In this document: one piece after another, positions 9,238 to 19,024 of the stretch
Position numbering within the stretch: position 1 is the stretch's first letter
How the letters are laid out: each line of letters opens with the position of its first letter
Origin: Bacillaceae bacterium
Lineage (GTDB): Bacteria; Bacillota; Bacilli; Bacillales; Alkalibacillaceae
DNA length: 64,000 nt
Assembly: GCA_017656265.1 (NCBI GenBank)
Contig: JACDOD010000007.1
Location: 66,016 to 130,015 of the forward strand
Direction of reading: 5' to 3'
The notes under the pieces: model-generated
The model's input: the letters and a program-made list of their open reading frames with translations, nothing else
Database searches by the model: none
What the model was told of the DNA's origin: nothing
Translations under genes and position numbers: made by a program

Positions 9238-10221
9238 ATGAAAAAGTCAGCAGCAGCCATATTTATTCTGGCATTATTCATTCCAGTAATCGTTCAGGCA
9301 GAAAGCGAGTCCTTATCTGATGAAGAAAAATTAAAAATGAGAATGGCCCTCTATCAGAAAGCAGAAGCAGTAACCCAGATCCCCTGGTATTACTTTGCAG
9401 CCATTGACCAATTTGAACGAAATATCCATAAAAATAAGGCTTCTGACACCGGAATTATTGGCATAACCATTCCGGAGGAGAGATGGGCAGGCTACACCAA
9501 TCCGTATCGGAACAACGCACAGAAGGCTGGACTGATTGAACTTTTTGGGGGCATTGGAAAAGACGGAAATGGGGATGGAATAGCTGATCGTACAAACGAT
9601 GAAGATTTAATACAGACAATGGTTGAATGGATATTGCAATACGGGCAAACCAGACAGGATATTAAAATCGCCCTCTGGGATTATTATCACCATGATTTAA
9701 GTGTCCAGACCATTATGAATATCGCAAAAGTTTATCAAAATTTCAGGACCATTGAATTAGACCAGCATATGTTTCCTGTGCCTCTTCATGCCAACTACAG
9801 TTACCGAAGTACCTGGGGACATCCACGTGGCTTTGGGGGAAGAAGAATACATGAAGGCACAGATATATTTGCAAATTATGGTGTTCCTGTCAGGGCAACA
9901 ACATATGGAGTTATCGAAATGAAAGGCTGGAATCGCTTTGGCGGCTGGAGAATCGGTATTCGGGATATCAATAATATTTATCACTATTATGCTCACTTAA
10001 ATGGGTTTGCAAAGGACATTAAAAAAGGCCAGGTAGTTAAACCTGGAGACGTCATAGGATATGTAGGAGCATCAGGGTACGGCCCAAAAGGAACCTCTGG
10101 AAAGTTCCCGCCGCATCTTCATTACGGCATGTACAAATTTAACGGAAAAAACGAGTGGTCTTTTGATCCTTATCCCCATCTCCGCAGATGGGAACGGGAA
10201 ACGAGAAACAGAAAAAAATAA
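9238..10221 (+). CDS. lytH: M23 family peptidase, sporulation-specific LytH-like
   Basis: Signal sequence and a C-terminal M23 domain (HEGTDIF...HLHYG). 327 aa, in the same position as B. subtilis lytH (yunA). Confidence 0.8.
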   Translation: MKKSAAAIFILALFIPVIVQAESESLSDEEKLKMRMALYQKAEAVTQIPWYYFAAIDQFERNIHKNKASDTGIIGITIPEERWAGYTNPYRNNAQKAGLIELFGGIGKDGNGDGIADRTNDEDLIQTMVEWILQYGQTRQDIKIALWDYYHHDLSVQTIMNIAKVYQNFRTIELDQHMFPVPLHANYSYRSTWGHPRGFGGRRIHEGTDIFANYGVPVRATTYGVIEMKGWNRFGGWRIGIRDINNIYHYYAHLNGFAKDIKKGQVVKPGDVIGYVGASGYGPKGTSGKFPPHLHYGMYKFNGKNEWSFDPYPHLRRWERETRNRKK

Positions 10222-10262
10222 AACCGAAGAAGCAGTATGTGCTTCTTCGGCTTATTTTTTTA
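10212..10262. terminator. bidirectional terminator between lytH and the NSS operon
   Basis: Stem CCGAAGAAGC/GCTTCTTCGG flanked by an A-run and a T-run. Confidence 0.7.
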
Positions 10263-10361
10263 TTGTTTAGCTTGTTTACGTGCATGCATAATGCTTGCAA
10301 TTAATCCTCCCCAGATAATCACTGCACCGATAACAAACATTGCAATGGCGCCACCAGACAT
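10260..10361 (-). CDS. 33-aa membrane peptide, MetS-like small subunit of an NSS amino-acid importer
   Basis: Not in the ORF track. MSGGAIAMFVIGAVIIWGGLIASIMHARKQAKQ. Its ATG overlaps the TAA of the upstream transporter by 1 nt (TAATG). It has one TM helix and a basic tail, as recalled for the methionine/alanine importer small-subunit family. Confidence 0.55.
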   Translation of the reverse strand: MSGGAIAMFVIGAVIIWGGLIASIMHARKQAKQ

Positions 10362-11881
10362 TATTGCGCCACCTCCTTATTCTCAGAAGCTTCAGCCTTG
10401 AATTCGAGGTCATTATTTGGCCATTTTTTAATGGTCAGCAATGCTCCAATCATCATAGCACCAATGGCAACCAGCCATCCGAAGTTGAACAGGAATTCAA
10501 TCGGATATCCGCCGTATGCCGCAGTAACTTCCGCTTTCAAATTCTGAATCATCATGTAGCCCAGTACGACCGGTGTGATGACACCTAGACATATGCGCCA
10601 CCATGTACCAAGCTTAATATCAGATACACTGTCGGCATGGTTCTGGAAATCTCTGAGAGATTTGGCAAACCAGGCAATGGCAACTACTTCAAACAATCCG
10701 GATAGTGCAACACCGTAGTTGTTAATGAAGTGGTCTACTGTATCTAAGGCAACAAGTCCGCCCTGAGTCGCAAACATTAGGGAAATCAGAGCAGCAAGTC
10801 CACCACCAACTGCGACAGAAGTCGTACGGGATACATTAAACTTCTCCTGAACACCGGCTACATAAGTTTCTGTAATGGAAATGAGAGAAGACAAACCAGC
10901 CAGTACCAGTGACACGAAGAATAACAGACCAAATACATCACTTAAAAACGGCATTTCATTAATAATCTGCGGGAATACAACAAAGGCAAGCATGACCCCG
11001 CCTTGAACAACATCAGTCACACCTACTCCCTGAGCCTGTGCCATAAAGCCAAGAGCAGCAAATACTCCAATACCTGCTAACAACTCAAAAGATGAGTTTG
11101 CGAAACCAGTAATAAATGCGTTATTGGTGATATCTGATTTCTTTGGCAGGTAGGAAGAATAAGTAATCATAATTGCAAAGGCAATGGATAAACTGAAGAA
11201 AATTTGTCCGTATGCTGCAACCCACACCTGTCCATTAAAGATTTGGTCCCATCTAGGTTCGAAGAAGGTATTTAACCCTTCCGCAGCACCATCCAGTGTA
11301 ATCGCACGGATAACGATGAAAATAAATAAAACAAATAACGTAGGAATAAAAATTTTGTTTGCAACCTCAATACCTTTTTTGACTCCCCGGAACAAGAAAG
11401 CCAGTACAATTACCCAAACTATGATAAGGGCAATCAGAATGTTAGGAACAAGACTTCCAAATGCTCCTGCATCTGTCATCTGCAAGAAATCACTTAAGAA
11501 GAAGGTCTGGGTATCGTCTCCCCACTGTGTACCAATTGAAAAATAAGCAAACATAAGTGCCCATGCGATAATGACCGCATAATAAGTAGAAATAACAAAG
11601 GAAACGAGTACCTGCCACCAACCGACCCATTCAAGGCCTTTGCTCAGGCGGCCATAGGATTTTGGTGCTGATCCGCGATACTTATGACCAATGGTATATT
11701 CCATAACAAGCAATGGAATACCTGCGGTGAGAAGTGCAAATAAATAAGGTATAAAGAAGGCACCTCCACCATTTTCATAAGCTGTGGCCGGGAAACGCCA
11801 GATGTTACCTAATCCGATAGCTGAACCCATCGCTGCAAGCAAAAAGCCCAGCCGCGTTCCCCACTGTGAACGATTCTCCAT
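10361..11881 (-). CDS. sodium-dependent transporter, neurotransmitter:sodium symporter (NSS/SNF) family
   Basis: 506 aa with the N-terminal hallmark WGTRLGFLLAAMGSAIGLGNIWRFP. Polytopic. Confidence 0.92.
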   Translation of the reverse strand: MENRSQWGTRLGFLLAAMGSAIGLGNIWRFPATAYENGGGAFFIPYLFALLTAGIPLLVMEYTIGHKYRGSAPKSYGRLSKGLEWVGWWQVLVSFVISTYYAVIIAWALMFAYFSIGTQWGDDTQTFFLSDFLQMTDAGAFGSLVPNILIALIIVWVIVLAFLFRGVKKGIEVANKIFIPTLFVLFIFIVIRAITLDGAAEGLNTFFEPRWDQIFNGQVWVAAYGQIFFSLSIAFAIMITYSSYLPKKSDITNNAFITGFANSSFELLAGIGVFAALGFMAQAQGVGVTDVVQGGVMLAFVVFPQIINEMPFLSDVFGLLFFVSLVLAGLSSLISITETYVAGVQEKFNVSRTTSVAVGGGLAALISLMFATQGGLVALDTVDHFINNYGVALSGLFEVVAIAWFAKSLRDFQNHADSVSDIKLGTWWRICLGVITPVVLGYMMIQNLKAEVTAAYGGYPIEFLFNFGWLVAIGAMMIGALLTIKKWPNNDLEFKAEASENKEVAQ

Positions 11882-11989
11882 TTAAAGCCCTCCCCTTTTT
11901 TCTTTTCATTCTCCAAAGATAAAAAAATGTCATTTTTTAGGAGAATGTTTTTAATTTTTGCTTTTTTCAGATATTTCAATTTGATTTGT

Positions 11990-12018
11990 ATTATACAGTG
12001 ATATTGTCCTACTGTCAA
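11990..12018 (-). promoter_or_regulatory. consensus sigma-A promoter of the NSS transporter operon
   Basis: Minus strand TTGACA (12018-12013), 17 nt, TATAAT (11995-11990). It lies about 100 nt upstream of the start codon. Confidence 0.7.
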
Positions 12019-12191
12019 AGGAATATTTTGAATATTTGTTCATTAATCCAATGCTAAAAGCCCCTCAGATCCGTGAAAAACAAAGGGAAGATGAGTCCCC
12101 TCCATAATAGGTATTTAATGAGGGTTCAGGAGATTTAGAGCGAACGACATTTTTCTTTTTATCCAATAACGAGGGCGGCAGCATATAAAAA

Positions 12192-12230
12192 ATATCCGAA
12201 CGATATTCAAATATGAATGGGTTCGGATAT
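12192..12230. terminator. terminator hairpin, ATATCCGAAC-stem repeat family, copy 2
   Basis: ATATCCGAAC...GTTCGGATAT with flanking A and T runs, 18 nt downstream of the NhaC-family stop codon. Confidence 0.7.
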
Positions 12231-12247
12231 TTTTTGAAAGTAAATAT

Positions 12248-13822
12248 TTATATATTCATCTGATTTTCATAAGATTTCTTATTCATAAATCGGCTGCTGA
12301 TCAGCCAGGTAAGGCCGCTTAATACAAGCAGGGTCACGAATAATCCAAGAATCCAGGATCCAGAAAACCCGATAACGATGTAGCCTGCCAGTGCAGAAAT
12401 GGCTGCCGTCAGCGCATAGGGAAGCTGTGTCAAAACATGATCAATGTGATTGGCACCTGCCCCAGTAGATGACAGAATTGTTGTGTCAGAAATCGGGGAA
12501 CAATGATCACCAAATACTGATCCGGCCAGAACAGCTGCAAGGGATGGCAAGAACACGGATACATCCGTATTGGCAGCGATTTCTCCTGCAATCGGAAGCA
12601 TCATCCCAAAGGTACCCCATGATGTACCAGTTGCAAACGCCATGATTCCTGCGACCATAAACATAATCAGCGGCAGAAAAGATGGGTTTAAGCTGGATTG
12701 TTCCACCAGACCGGCCAAAAATACTCCTGTCTGCATTTGATCTATGATTGTGCCGATCATCCAGGCAAAGATTAAAATATATATTGCTGGCAGCATCGAC
12801 CTGATTCCAGCTGATAGAACTTGAAAGACGGATGATTTAGGCTGACTGATCATCATATATAGAGTCATCGCAGTTACTACAGATGCCAGCCCTCCCGCAA
12901 ACAGTGAGAAATTCACATCTGTATTGCTGAAGATGGACAGTATGGTAACTGACTCACTTGAATGTTGAATGCCTGTCCAGATCATGGCGATCACAGTACC
13001 TGCTAATAAAACTATAATTGGCAGGAATAAATGATAAAGTTTTCCGTGATCATGTTCAACAAAATCCCTATTAACGTCTCCTGGGGCACGTTCCCTTTCT
13101 GGATCTAACAATTCACCAGTACTGATAGCGCGGTTTTCATGTGCACTCATCATTCCCAGGTTTACGCGAAACTGAATGGAGAGAAACACAAGCAAGATCG
13201 CTGCAATGGCATATAAATTCATAGGTATCATCTGAATAAAGGCTTCCAGACCACTTAATCCGGTTATCTGGCTGGCTGCAATAATGCTCCCGAGCAGTCC
13301 GATAATATAAGCTCCCCAGCTTGATACAGGCGAGATCACCGTTACTGGAGCTGAAGTTGAGTCGATGATATAGGCCAGTTTGGCTCTTGAAACGTTGTAA
13401 CGGTCGGAAAGGGGGCGGGCAACCTGACCAACAGCCAGACTGTTAAAATAATCATCAATAAATATGATGATGCCAAGAACCGCTGGCACAAATTGTGCTC
13501 CCTTTCTCGTTTTTACTTTTTTAGCAGCCCAGCGGCCAAAGGCTTTCGTTCCTCCTGATGCAGCTAAAAAAGACCCCATCATTCCCAAAAACAGCAGAAA
13601 CAGCAATAAAAATAAACTGCCTTGCTGAATTTCTCCCTCAACTACAAAAATTTCAGCAAAAGCACTCCATGTGGTTTGAAGAGCCCCTACAGGATCAAAC
13701 TGTTCAATTAAAAGGGACCCAGCAATAATTCCTGCACCCAGTGATAAAAGCACTTTCCTTGTCACTAGAACGAGAATAAGCATGATAAGTGGTGGGATAA
13801 GTGAAAAGACTGTTCCTTCCAT
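12248..13822 (-). CDS. NhaC-family Na+/H+ antiporter-type transporter (candidate lysine-related transporter)
   Basis: Polytopic NhaC-family sequence of about 524 aa. Start at ATG 13822 after GGGAG. Preceded by a lysine riboswitch. Confidence 0.9.
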   Translation of the reverse strand: MEGTVFSLIPPLIMLILVLVTRKVLLSLGAGIIAGSLLIEQFDPVGALQTTWSAFAEIFVVEGEIQQGSLFLLLFLLFLGMMGSFLAASGGTKAFGRWAAKKVKTRKGAQFVPAVLGIIIFIDDYFNSLAVGQVARPLSDRYNVSRAKLAYIIDSTSAPVTVISPVSSWGAYIIGLLGSIIAASQITGLSGLEAFIQMIPMNLYAIAAILLVFLSIQFRVNLGMMSAHENRAISTGELLDPERERAPGDVNRDFVEHDHGKLYHLFLPIIVLLAGTVIAMIWTGIQHSSESVTILSIFSNTDVNFSLFAGGLASVVTAMTLYMMISQPKSSVFQVLSAGIRSMLPAIYILIFAWMIGTIIDQMQTGVFLAGLVEQSSLNPSFLPLIMFMVAGIMAFATGTSWGTFGMMLPIAGEIAANTDVSVFLPSLAAVLAGSVFGDHCSPISDTTILSSTGAGANHIDHVLTQLPYALTAAISALAGYIVIGFSGSWILGLFVTLLVLSGLTWLISSRFMNKKSYENQMNI

Positions 13823-13917
13823 AATGATTACTCCCTTCAATTCCTGTACTTTTTTTATGGTGAATTGGTACAGTTCATGATGGGCATGAAGAAGCTGAAA
13901 TGATAAATTAGAGGAAT

Positions 13918-13954
13918 AAAAAAAGGGTAATGATAGAGTTAACTATCATTACCC
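13918..13954 (-). terminator. expression-platform terminator of the lysine riboswitch
   Basis: Minus strand GGGTAATGATAG-TTAACT-CTATCATTACCC followed by U7. Confidence 0.85.
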
Positions 13955-13983
13955 TGTATGATCTGAGTAATAATGTTATCCTC

Positions 13984-14170
13984 CATCGATCAGTAGCTCT
14001 CCATGCAAGCCATCGCTTTGCATGACAGTGCAATTCTTATTCAAAATTACACCAGCATAAGCCGCCTGACATCAGCTTATACTTCGGCAAACAGCCCTTT
14101 CACAGACAATCCTCGTTGTCATCCTCCTGTCTGCTACTTTTGCTGAGTGCACCTCTACCTCATCGATCAG
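13984..14170 (-). promoter_or_regulatory. lysine riboswitch (L-box)
   Basis: The minus strand reads AGGTAGAGGTGCACTCAGC...CTGTGAAAGGGCTGTTTGCCGAAG...GCTGGTGTAATTTTGAATAAGAATTGCACTGTCATG...GGAGAGCTAC. This matches the conserved L-box blocks (AGAGGTGC, GTGAAAGGG, GCCGAAG, CTGG, TTGAAT, CTGTCA, GGAGAG) as in B. subtilis lysC. Confidence 0.9.
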
Positions 14171-14230
14171 ATAAGGTCATGCATTGATTATCATTTTTTC
14201 ACCTAAGTCAATATAACACATATTTTCCCA

Positions 14231-15010
14231 TTAAGGCAAGCCGCTATATGGTATGGAAATGCTTGGTGCTTCACCAGTTGAAGAACCATTATAAAATTCT
14301 GGGACATCCCCGTGAATCACACCTGAAAAAACCAGAACATCGGTTTTAACCGTTGTTGTCTTTGTAGAAAAAGGGATGACGACCTGTACGTTGACGGTCA
14401 TCTCAATGTATATTTCAAAATGGGCTGCATTAATGCCATATTCGGTTATATTTTGAACAATGTCCGGCTGCACATCACCAATGAATTGAAAATATACCGG
14501 TATCCTGGGTCCTAAGTTAGCCAGCAAACTGTTGTTGGTCGCCTGTCCGAGAGGGATTTCTACGATGGACGGATGCCTTTGAACTTCGTCTGTTTCTACA
14601 TCCCCTGTATTTTCGGCCTCTACATCCAGTGAATTTTCATTATCAAATGTTAATTCGCCATTTTCTAATCTTTTCAAGTAATTCTGTACTCTGTATGTTG
14701 CATTTCTTAAAACTTTATTGACAATCAGGGGATTCCAGCCCATGGATACAATCTTACCATTTTCATCCCTGACAATTTTTACGAGATCATCATATTGCAG
14801 ATCATCTGCCAGACGTTTACTGACAGCTTCGTTCATCGCCCTCATTGCAAACTGCTTTGTCTTTGTTTCAGCTATTTCCATTAAGGTTGGCTGTATTCCT
14901 TTATTGATCAGCCAGAGGCTAAAAAAAAGCATTAACGTAAAAAAAATGACGGTTAAAACAAAAACCTGCCCTGCTGTTGACGGACCTTTCATCCTTCTCC
15001 TTCTCATCAC
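14231..15010 (-). CDS. yunB: sporulation protein YunB
   Basis: 259 aa with an N-terminal TM segment. YunB-like sequence in the syntenic position. Confidence 0.8.
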   Translation of the reverse strand: MMRRRRMKGPSTAGQVFVLTVIFFTLMLFFSLWLINKGIQPTLMEIAETKTKQFAMRAMNEAVSKRLADDLQYDDLVKIVRDENGKIVSMGWNPLIVNKVLRNATYRVQNYLKRLENGELTFDNENSLDVEAENTGDVETDEVQRHPSIVEIPLGQATNNSLLANLGPRIPVYFQFIGDVQPDIVQNITEYGINAAHFEIYIEMTVNVQVVIPFSTKTTTVKTDVLVFSGVIHGDVPEFYNGSSTGEAPSISIPYSGLP

Positions 15011-15166
15011 GAAAACTCCCCCTCTATAAAATGTATGCAGGCTTTCGTGAGGGATTTACGATAAATTCAAAAACTTCTCAATAAATGATTATGATTTTCG
15101 TTCAAGCACAGCCATCCTCATTGTGAATACGATAATGGTATACCGTCTCTAGTTGGAGGGAGATTG

Positions 15167-15832
15167 ATGTTCGAATACTTATCATTACTAGCCCTGGCTG
15201 CTGTAGTAAGCCTTGATGGATTTGGGGTGGGGGTCAGCTATGGACTGCGAAAAATAAAAATCCCCGTTTTCTCCATTCTCATCATCGCAGGAATGACAGC
15301 TGCAGCTATATATATATCTATGCAGCTGGGACAATGGATTTCCTTTTTCATGGATCAAAACACTGCACGTCACTTTGGTGCCTGGACCTTAATTATTCTC
15401 GGAATCTGGGCTATCATCAATTTCTATCGGAACAGGGAAACCAGTCACTCTTCCGTACAGATGACTAAAGGAGAAATCAACAAACCAAAATCCGTTCTCA
15501 ATATTGAAATCAAAACACTGGGACTCGTCATTCACATTCTAAAAAAACCGACAATGGCTGATATGGACTGCTCCGGGTCTATTACTGGAATGGAAGCAGC
15601 TTTGCTGGGGGCCGCCCTGTCATTAGATGCATTTGGTGCAGGAATTGGGGCAGCTTTAATCGGTTATCATCCTCTTTTAACTGCCTCCGTCGTATCAACC
15701 GTCTGTATCGTTTTTATCGGGTTCGGCATGAAAGTAGGATTCCTGTACGCCAATACATCATGGGTAAAGAAACTATCTTTTTTGCCCGGTGTCATTCTCA
15801 TTTTGCTCGGGATTTCAAAAATATGGGTATAG
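15167..15832 (+). CDS. ytaF: sporulation membrane protein YtaF (MntP/DUF204-like)
   Basis: Two DUF204-type repeats (SLDGFGVG..., SLDAFGAGIG...). Start at ATG 15167 after GGAGGGAG. Confidence 0.75.
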   Translation: MFEYLSLLALAAVVSLDGFGVGVSYGLRKIKIPVFSILIIAGMTAAAIYISMQLGQWISFFMDQNTARHFGAWTLIILGIWAIINFYRNRETSHSSVQMTKGEINKPKSVLNIEIKTLGLVIHILKKPTMADMDCSGSITGMEAALLGAALSLDAFGAGIGAALIGYHPLLTASVVSTVCIVFIGFGMKVGFLYANTSWVKKLSFLPGVILILLGISKIWV

Positions 15833-15910
15833 ATTCGCCACGAACGGACGATAACTTAAGCAGGTTACATCAAGTGAAATGCTTGTGCAAGAGGGGACAA
15901 AAATAGGGAC

Positions 15911-15950
15911 AAAAAAAAGCAATCATCCTTGTATAAGAGATTGCTTTTTT
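15911..15950. terminator. bidirectional terminator
   Basis: A8 tract, stem AAGCAATC/GATTGCTT, then T6. It lies between convergent ytaF and the HD-GYP gene. Confidence 0.6.
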
Positions 15951-15987
15951 AGCACGAACCCTTTATAAGCCCTATATGAATGAAGAA

Positions 15988-17076
15988 TCAAGAAGTCATT
16001 TGGTAATCTACAATAACAACATTCAGTTCCTTAGACAAATCGACATCATATTTTTCCTTTAACGGGTGATTATTTTCTTCAAAAATCCGAATAATTGGCC
16101 GGTCAGAGATATGAGAATTTTGTCTGGCCACAATCCCTTTTCTTCCATCGCTTAAGGTAACATGAAGGCCGTTTGGATAGAGGGCAACATTTTTGCGGAA
16201 CGTTTCTACACATTTTTGGTCAAAGAGACTGCCGCTTCCCCCATATAAAATTTCCAGGGCTTCATGGGGCAATTTACTGCTTCGGTAAACCCGGTTTGTC
16301 GTGACGGCATCAAAAACATCAGCCACCGCTATTATTTTGGCATATGGGTGGATATCATTCCCCTGAATCCCCCGGGGATAGCCTGAACCATCTAAACGTT
16401 CGTGATGCTGAAAAGCACAGTGCGCCACAACAAGCGGAACACCGGACTGCTTACGAAGCATCTCGTAACCATAGGTAGTGTGTCTCTTCATTTCTTCAAA
16501 TTCTTCATCAGTTAGTTTTCCAGGCTTCATTAAAATATGCCTGGGAACTTCCATCTTGCCAATGTCATGCAAAATGGCACCAATTCCGATTTCCTCCATC
16601 TTCTTCGGAGGAAAATTCAATTCTTTTGCTATGGTCAGGGAATAAATGGTTACATTAAGGGAATGGGTAAACAAATAATCATCATGAACAAAAATATCAG
16701 ACAGCAGGGACAGAATATCTTTATTTTGCCGTACGTTATGCAAAATATTACGGATCAGACTTTTTATTTTTTTCCCGGCACTCCTGAGTATGTATGAATG
16801 TCCATCCAGAGAACCATCGCTTAAATCATCAAAGGTTTCTTTAATGGTTTGAATCGCCTGGATTTTTTCTTCATCACTAATTGGGGATTGGGGGTGTATA
16901 TCTCTAGTATCCTCATCTTCAATATAAACATATGAAAAGTCGTATTGTTTTAATTTTTCGATCATACGGGCTGTTAATGATACGCCCTTATGCAATAAAA
17001 TTTGTCCCTTATCATTTAAAATAGGTTTGGCTAACTGATCTCCATTTTTCAGCTGAGTAACGGATACAATACGCAT
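15988..17076 (-). CDS. HD-GYP domain protein (putative c-di-GMP phosphodiesterase)
   Basis: HDIGK ... HHERLDGSGYPRG motifs. 362 aa. Confidence 0.88.
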   Translation of the reverse strand: MRIVSVTQLKNGDQLAKPILNDKGQILLHKGVSLTARMIEKLKQYDFSYVYIEDEDTRDIHPQSPISDEEKIQAIQTIKETFDDLSDGSLDGHSYILRSAGKKIKSLIRNILHNVRQNKDILSLLSDIFVHDDYLFTHSLNVTIYSLTIAKELNFPPKKMEEIGIGAILHDIGKMEVPRHILMKPGKLTDEEFEEMKRHTTYGYEMLRKQSGVPLVVAHCAFQHHERLDGSGYPRGIQGNDIHPYAKIIAVADVFDAVTTNRVYRSSKLPHEALEILYGGSGSLFDQKCVETFRKNVALYPNGLHVTLSDGRKGIVARQNSHISDRPIIRIFEENNHPLKEKYDVDLSKELNVVIVDYQMTS

Positions 17077-17201
17077 GGAATTCTCCTAACATTTTTCGAC
17101 AATTTTCGATTATGCTCCCTCTCATTATACATCAATTTGCATGAAAATCCACAATAAACTAATAGGGGATAATAATGGAAAGGAAAAATTCTAAATCAAA
17201 T

Positions 17202-17225
17202 AAAAAACTGCCCCGAAAGGACAGT
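17202..17225 (-). terminator. short intrinsic terminator after yunC
   Basis: Minus strand CTGTCC-TTTC-GGGGCAG followed by U6. Confidence 0.45.
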
Positions 17226-17263
17226 CAAAGTTTATCGAAATAAGCTCCTTTTGCTATAGGGAT

Positions 17264-17566
17264 TTACAATTTTAAAAGTGCCTCTCTCCCCTTCATTCCC
17301 TCTTCCCAGCCATATTGATTTTTAGCAGTATGTGTCACCTTCTGGAGCGGGGCATCCAGCAGCTCTTCAATGGTTCGAACCCCTACGGCCCTTCCAGCTA
17401 CAATCTGGCGCTCTGTTTTTTCATTTAATATATCCACATCCAGAGCACCGCACATGATATAGCCGATATCATTGGAGATGATTAATAAATTGGTTTCAGG
17501 CAGGTCAACCTGAACTACTGTAAAAGGTTTGTTTTCTACCCATAACGGTTTTACATCAACCACCAT
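17264..17566 (-). CDS. yunC: DUF1805 protein YunC
   Basis: Start at ATG 17566 (MVVDVKPL...) after GGGAG. About 100 aa, YunC-like and syntenic. Confidence 0.8.
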   Translation of the reverse strand: MVVDVKPLWVENKPFTVVQVDLPETNLLIISNDIGYIMCGALDVDILNEKTERQIVAGRAVGVRTIEELLDAPLQKVTHTAKNQYGWEEGMKGREALLKL

Positions 17567-17622
17567 GTCACGCTCCCTTCTGATACAATGTATGAGTATC
17601 ATTCGGGAACGTGAACCTATTT

Positions 17623-19011
17623 TTATAACTTTTTTACCGCTTCTGCTAGCAGATCACGCAAAAATTCCGGCATGAAATATTTCTTTTCCCTGGCACTGGC
17701 AATCTCAGGAAGCAAGCGGCCAAATGTAAAGGTATCTGCCGTAGCCAGTTCGTATGTTTTCTCCATTTCTATTTCTTTCCCCCCAATGAAGACTTGATCG
17801 ATATGCTCTGATCCATCCTGATCAGTTCGGAGATGAACATCCAGGTTGGAAAATACCATTTTTCCGATCACTTCTCCCCGAAACCCAAATCCTTTCAGCG
17901 GATACTCCATAAAACGGGGGGTATGAACCATACGGATGACTTCCACAATTTGCTCTCCCTTTATCCGAACTTTACACGGATTCATCGGATGCGGACATAT
18001 TCGGTGCAAATCACCGCTTGTCACGACACCTTTATCCAGCCCCTCTAATAATACCCCTGCATTCAGCATCGCACAATCAGCAGCTGTCCAGTTCCTTAGC
18101 TCCTCTACCAGCCTTTTCATCAGCATCGTTTCCTTAAACCAGTCTGACTCATAAGGCTCGTTCAAATTAGTAATTGGCTTCTTCAGTTTCTGTTCTGCTT
18201 TTTTATGAAAAATCTGAACCATTTGCTGTGCTTGCTTGTCCTCTGCTTCTCCAGTCAGGTCATATGCGTAAGCTTCCTTTTTCTCGATTTTTTTCTTTTC
18301 CTGATCCCAGGCAATGATAATCTGTCCGGCATACATGCCAAATTTTCCGGCTGCAGCCAGTAAGGTGCCGTTGACCATTTCCCCATTTTTAAACAAATGA
18401 TGGGTATGTCCGCCAATAATGACATCCAGAGCATCGTATCTTCGGGCAATTTCCTCATCATCATTAATCCCCAGATGGGATAAAAGCAGGACGATATCAC
18501 TCTGTTTTTTAAGCTCATCGAGATAATGATCAAGGGCTTCATATGGGGACGTAACATCCCACCCCACCTGCCGATAAAACAAGCGAAAAGGTGCTGTTAA
18601 GCCAATGATTCCAATTCTGGTGCCCTCTTTCGTCGTCAGAATCGTGTAGGGTTTCAGCCATTGTGGAGCACCGTGTTTAATCGGAGATACATTGGCACAA
18701 ACGAATTGGAAATGAGCCTGGTCATATAAATGATATAAATTCTCTTTCGGCAGGGTAATGCCTTCATTATTACCCATAGTTACGCAGTCATAACCCGCTT
18801 CATTTAACATCTCAACATTTGCCTGTCCCAGAAAAGCTTCCGTAATGGGATGAAAACGATCCATATGATCCCCGTTATCGAGTAAAAACCAGGTTTCCCC
18901 GCGTTTTTGGTGGTGTTCTATCTTCTGACGAAAAAAATGGATCATTTTAGGCCAATTTTCAAAATGACTATGTAAATCACTTGAAAAATAAATGAAAATT
19001 TTTTCTGCCAT
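17623..19011 (-). CDS. yunD: bifunctional metallophosphatase / 5'-nucleotidase YunD
   Basis: Calcineurin-like motifs (DLHSH, GDH, GNNEG, GGHTHH) plus a 5'-nucleotidase C-terminal domain. Confidence 0.85.
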   Translation of the reverse strand: MAEKIFIYFSSDLHSHFENWPKMIHFFRQKIEHHQKRGETWFLLDNGDHMDRFHPITEAFLGQANVEMLNEAGYDCVTMGNNEGITLPKENLYHLYDQAHFQFVCANVSPIKHGAPQWLKPYTILTTKEGTRIGIIGLTAPFRLFYRQVGWDVTSPYEALDHYLDELKKQSDIVLLLSHLGINDDEEIARRYDALDVIIGGHTHHLFKNGEMVNGTLLAAAGKFGMYAGQIIIAWDQEKKKIEKKEAYAYDLTGEAEDKQAQQMVQIFHKKAEQKLKKPITNLNEPYESDWFKETMLMKRLVEELRNWTAADCAMLNAGVLLEGLDKGVVTSGDLHRICPHPMNPCKVRIKGEQIVEVIRMVHTPRFMEYPLKGFGFRGEVIGKMVFSNLDVHLRTDQDGSEHIDQVFIGGKEIEMEKTYELATADTFTFGRLLPEIASAREKKYFMPEFLRDLLAEAVKKL

Positions 19012-19024
19012 ACAAACCTTCTCC

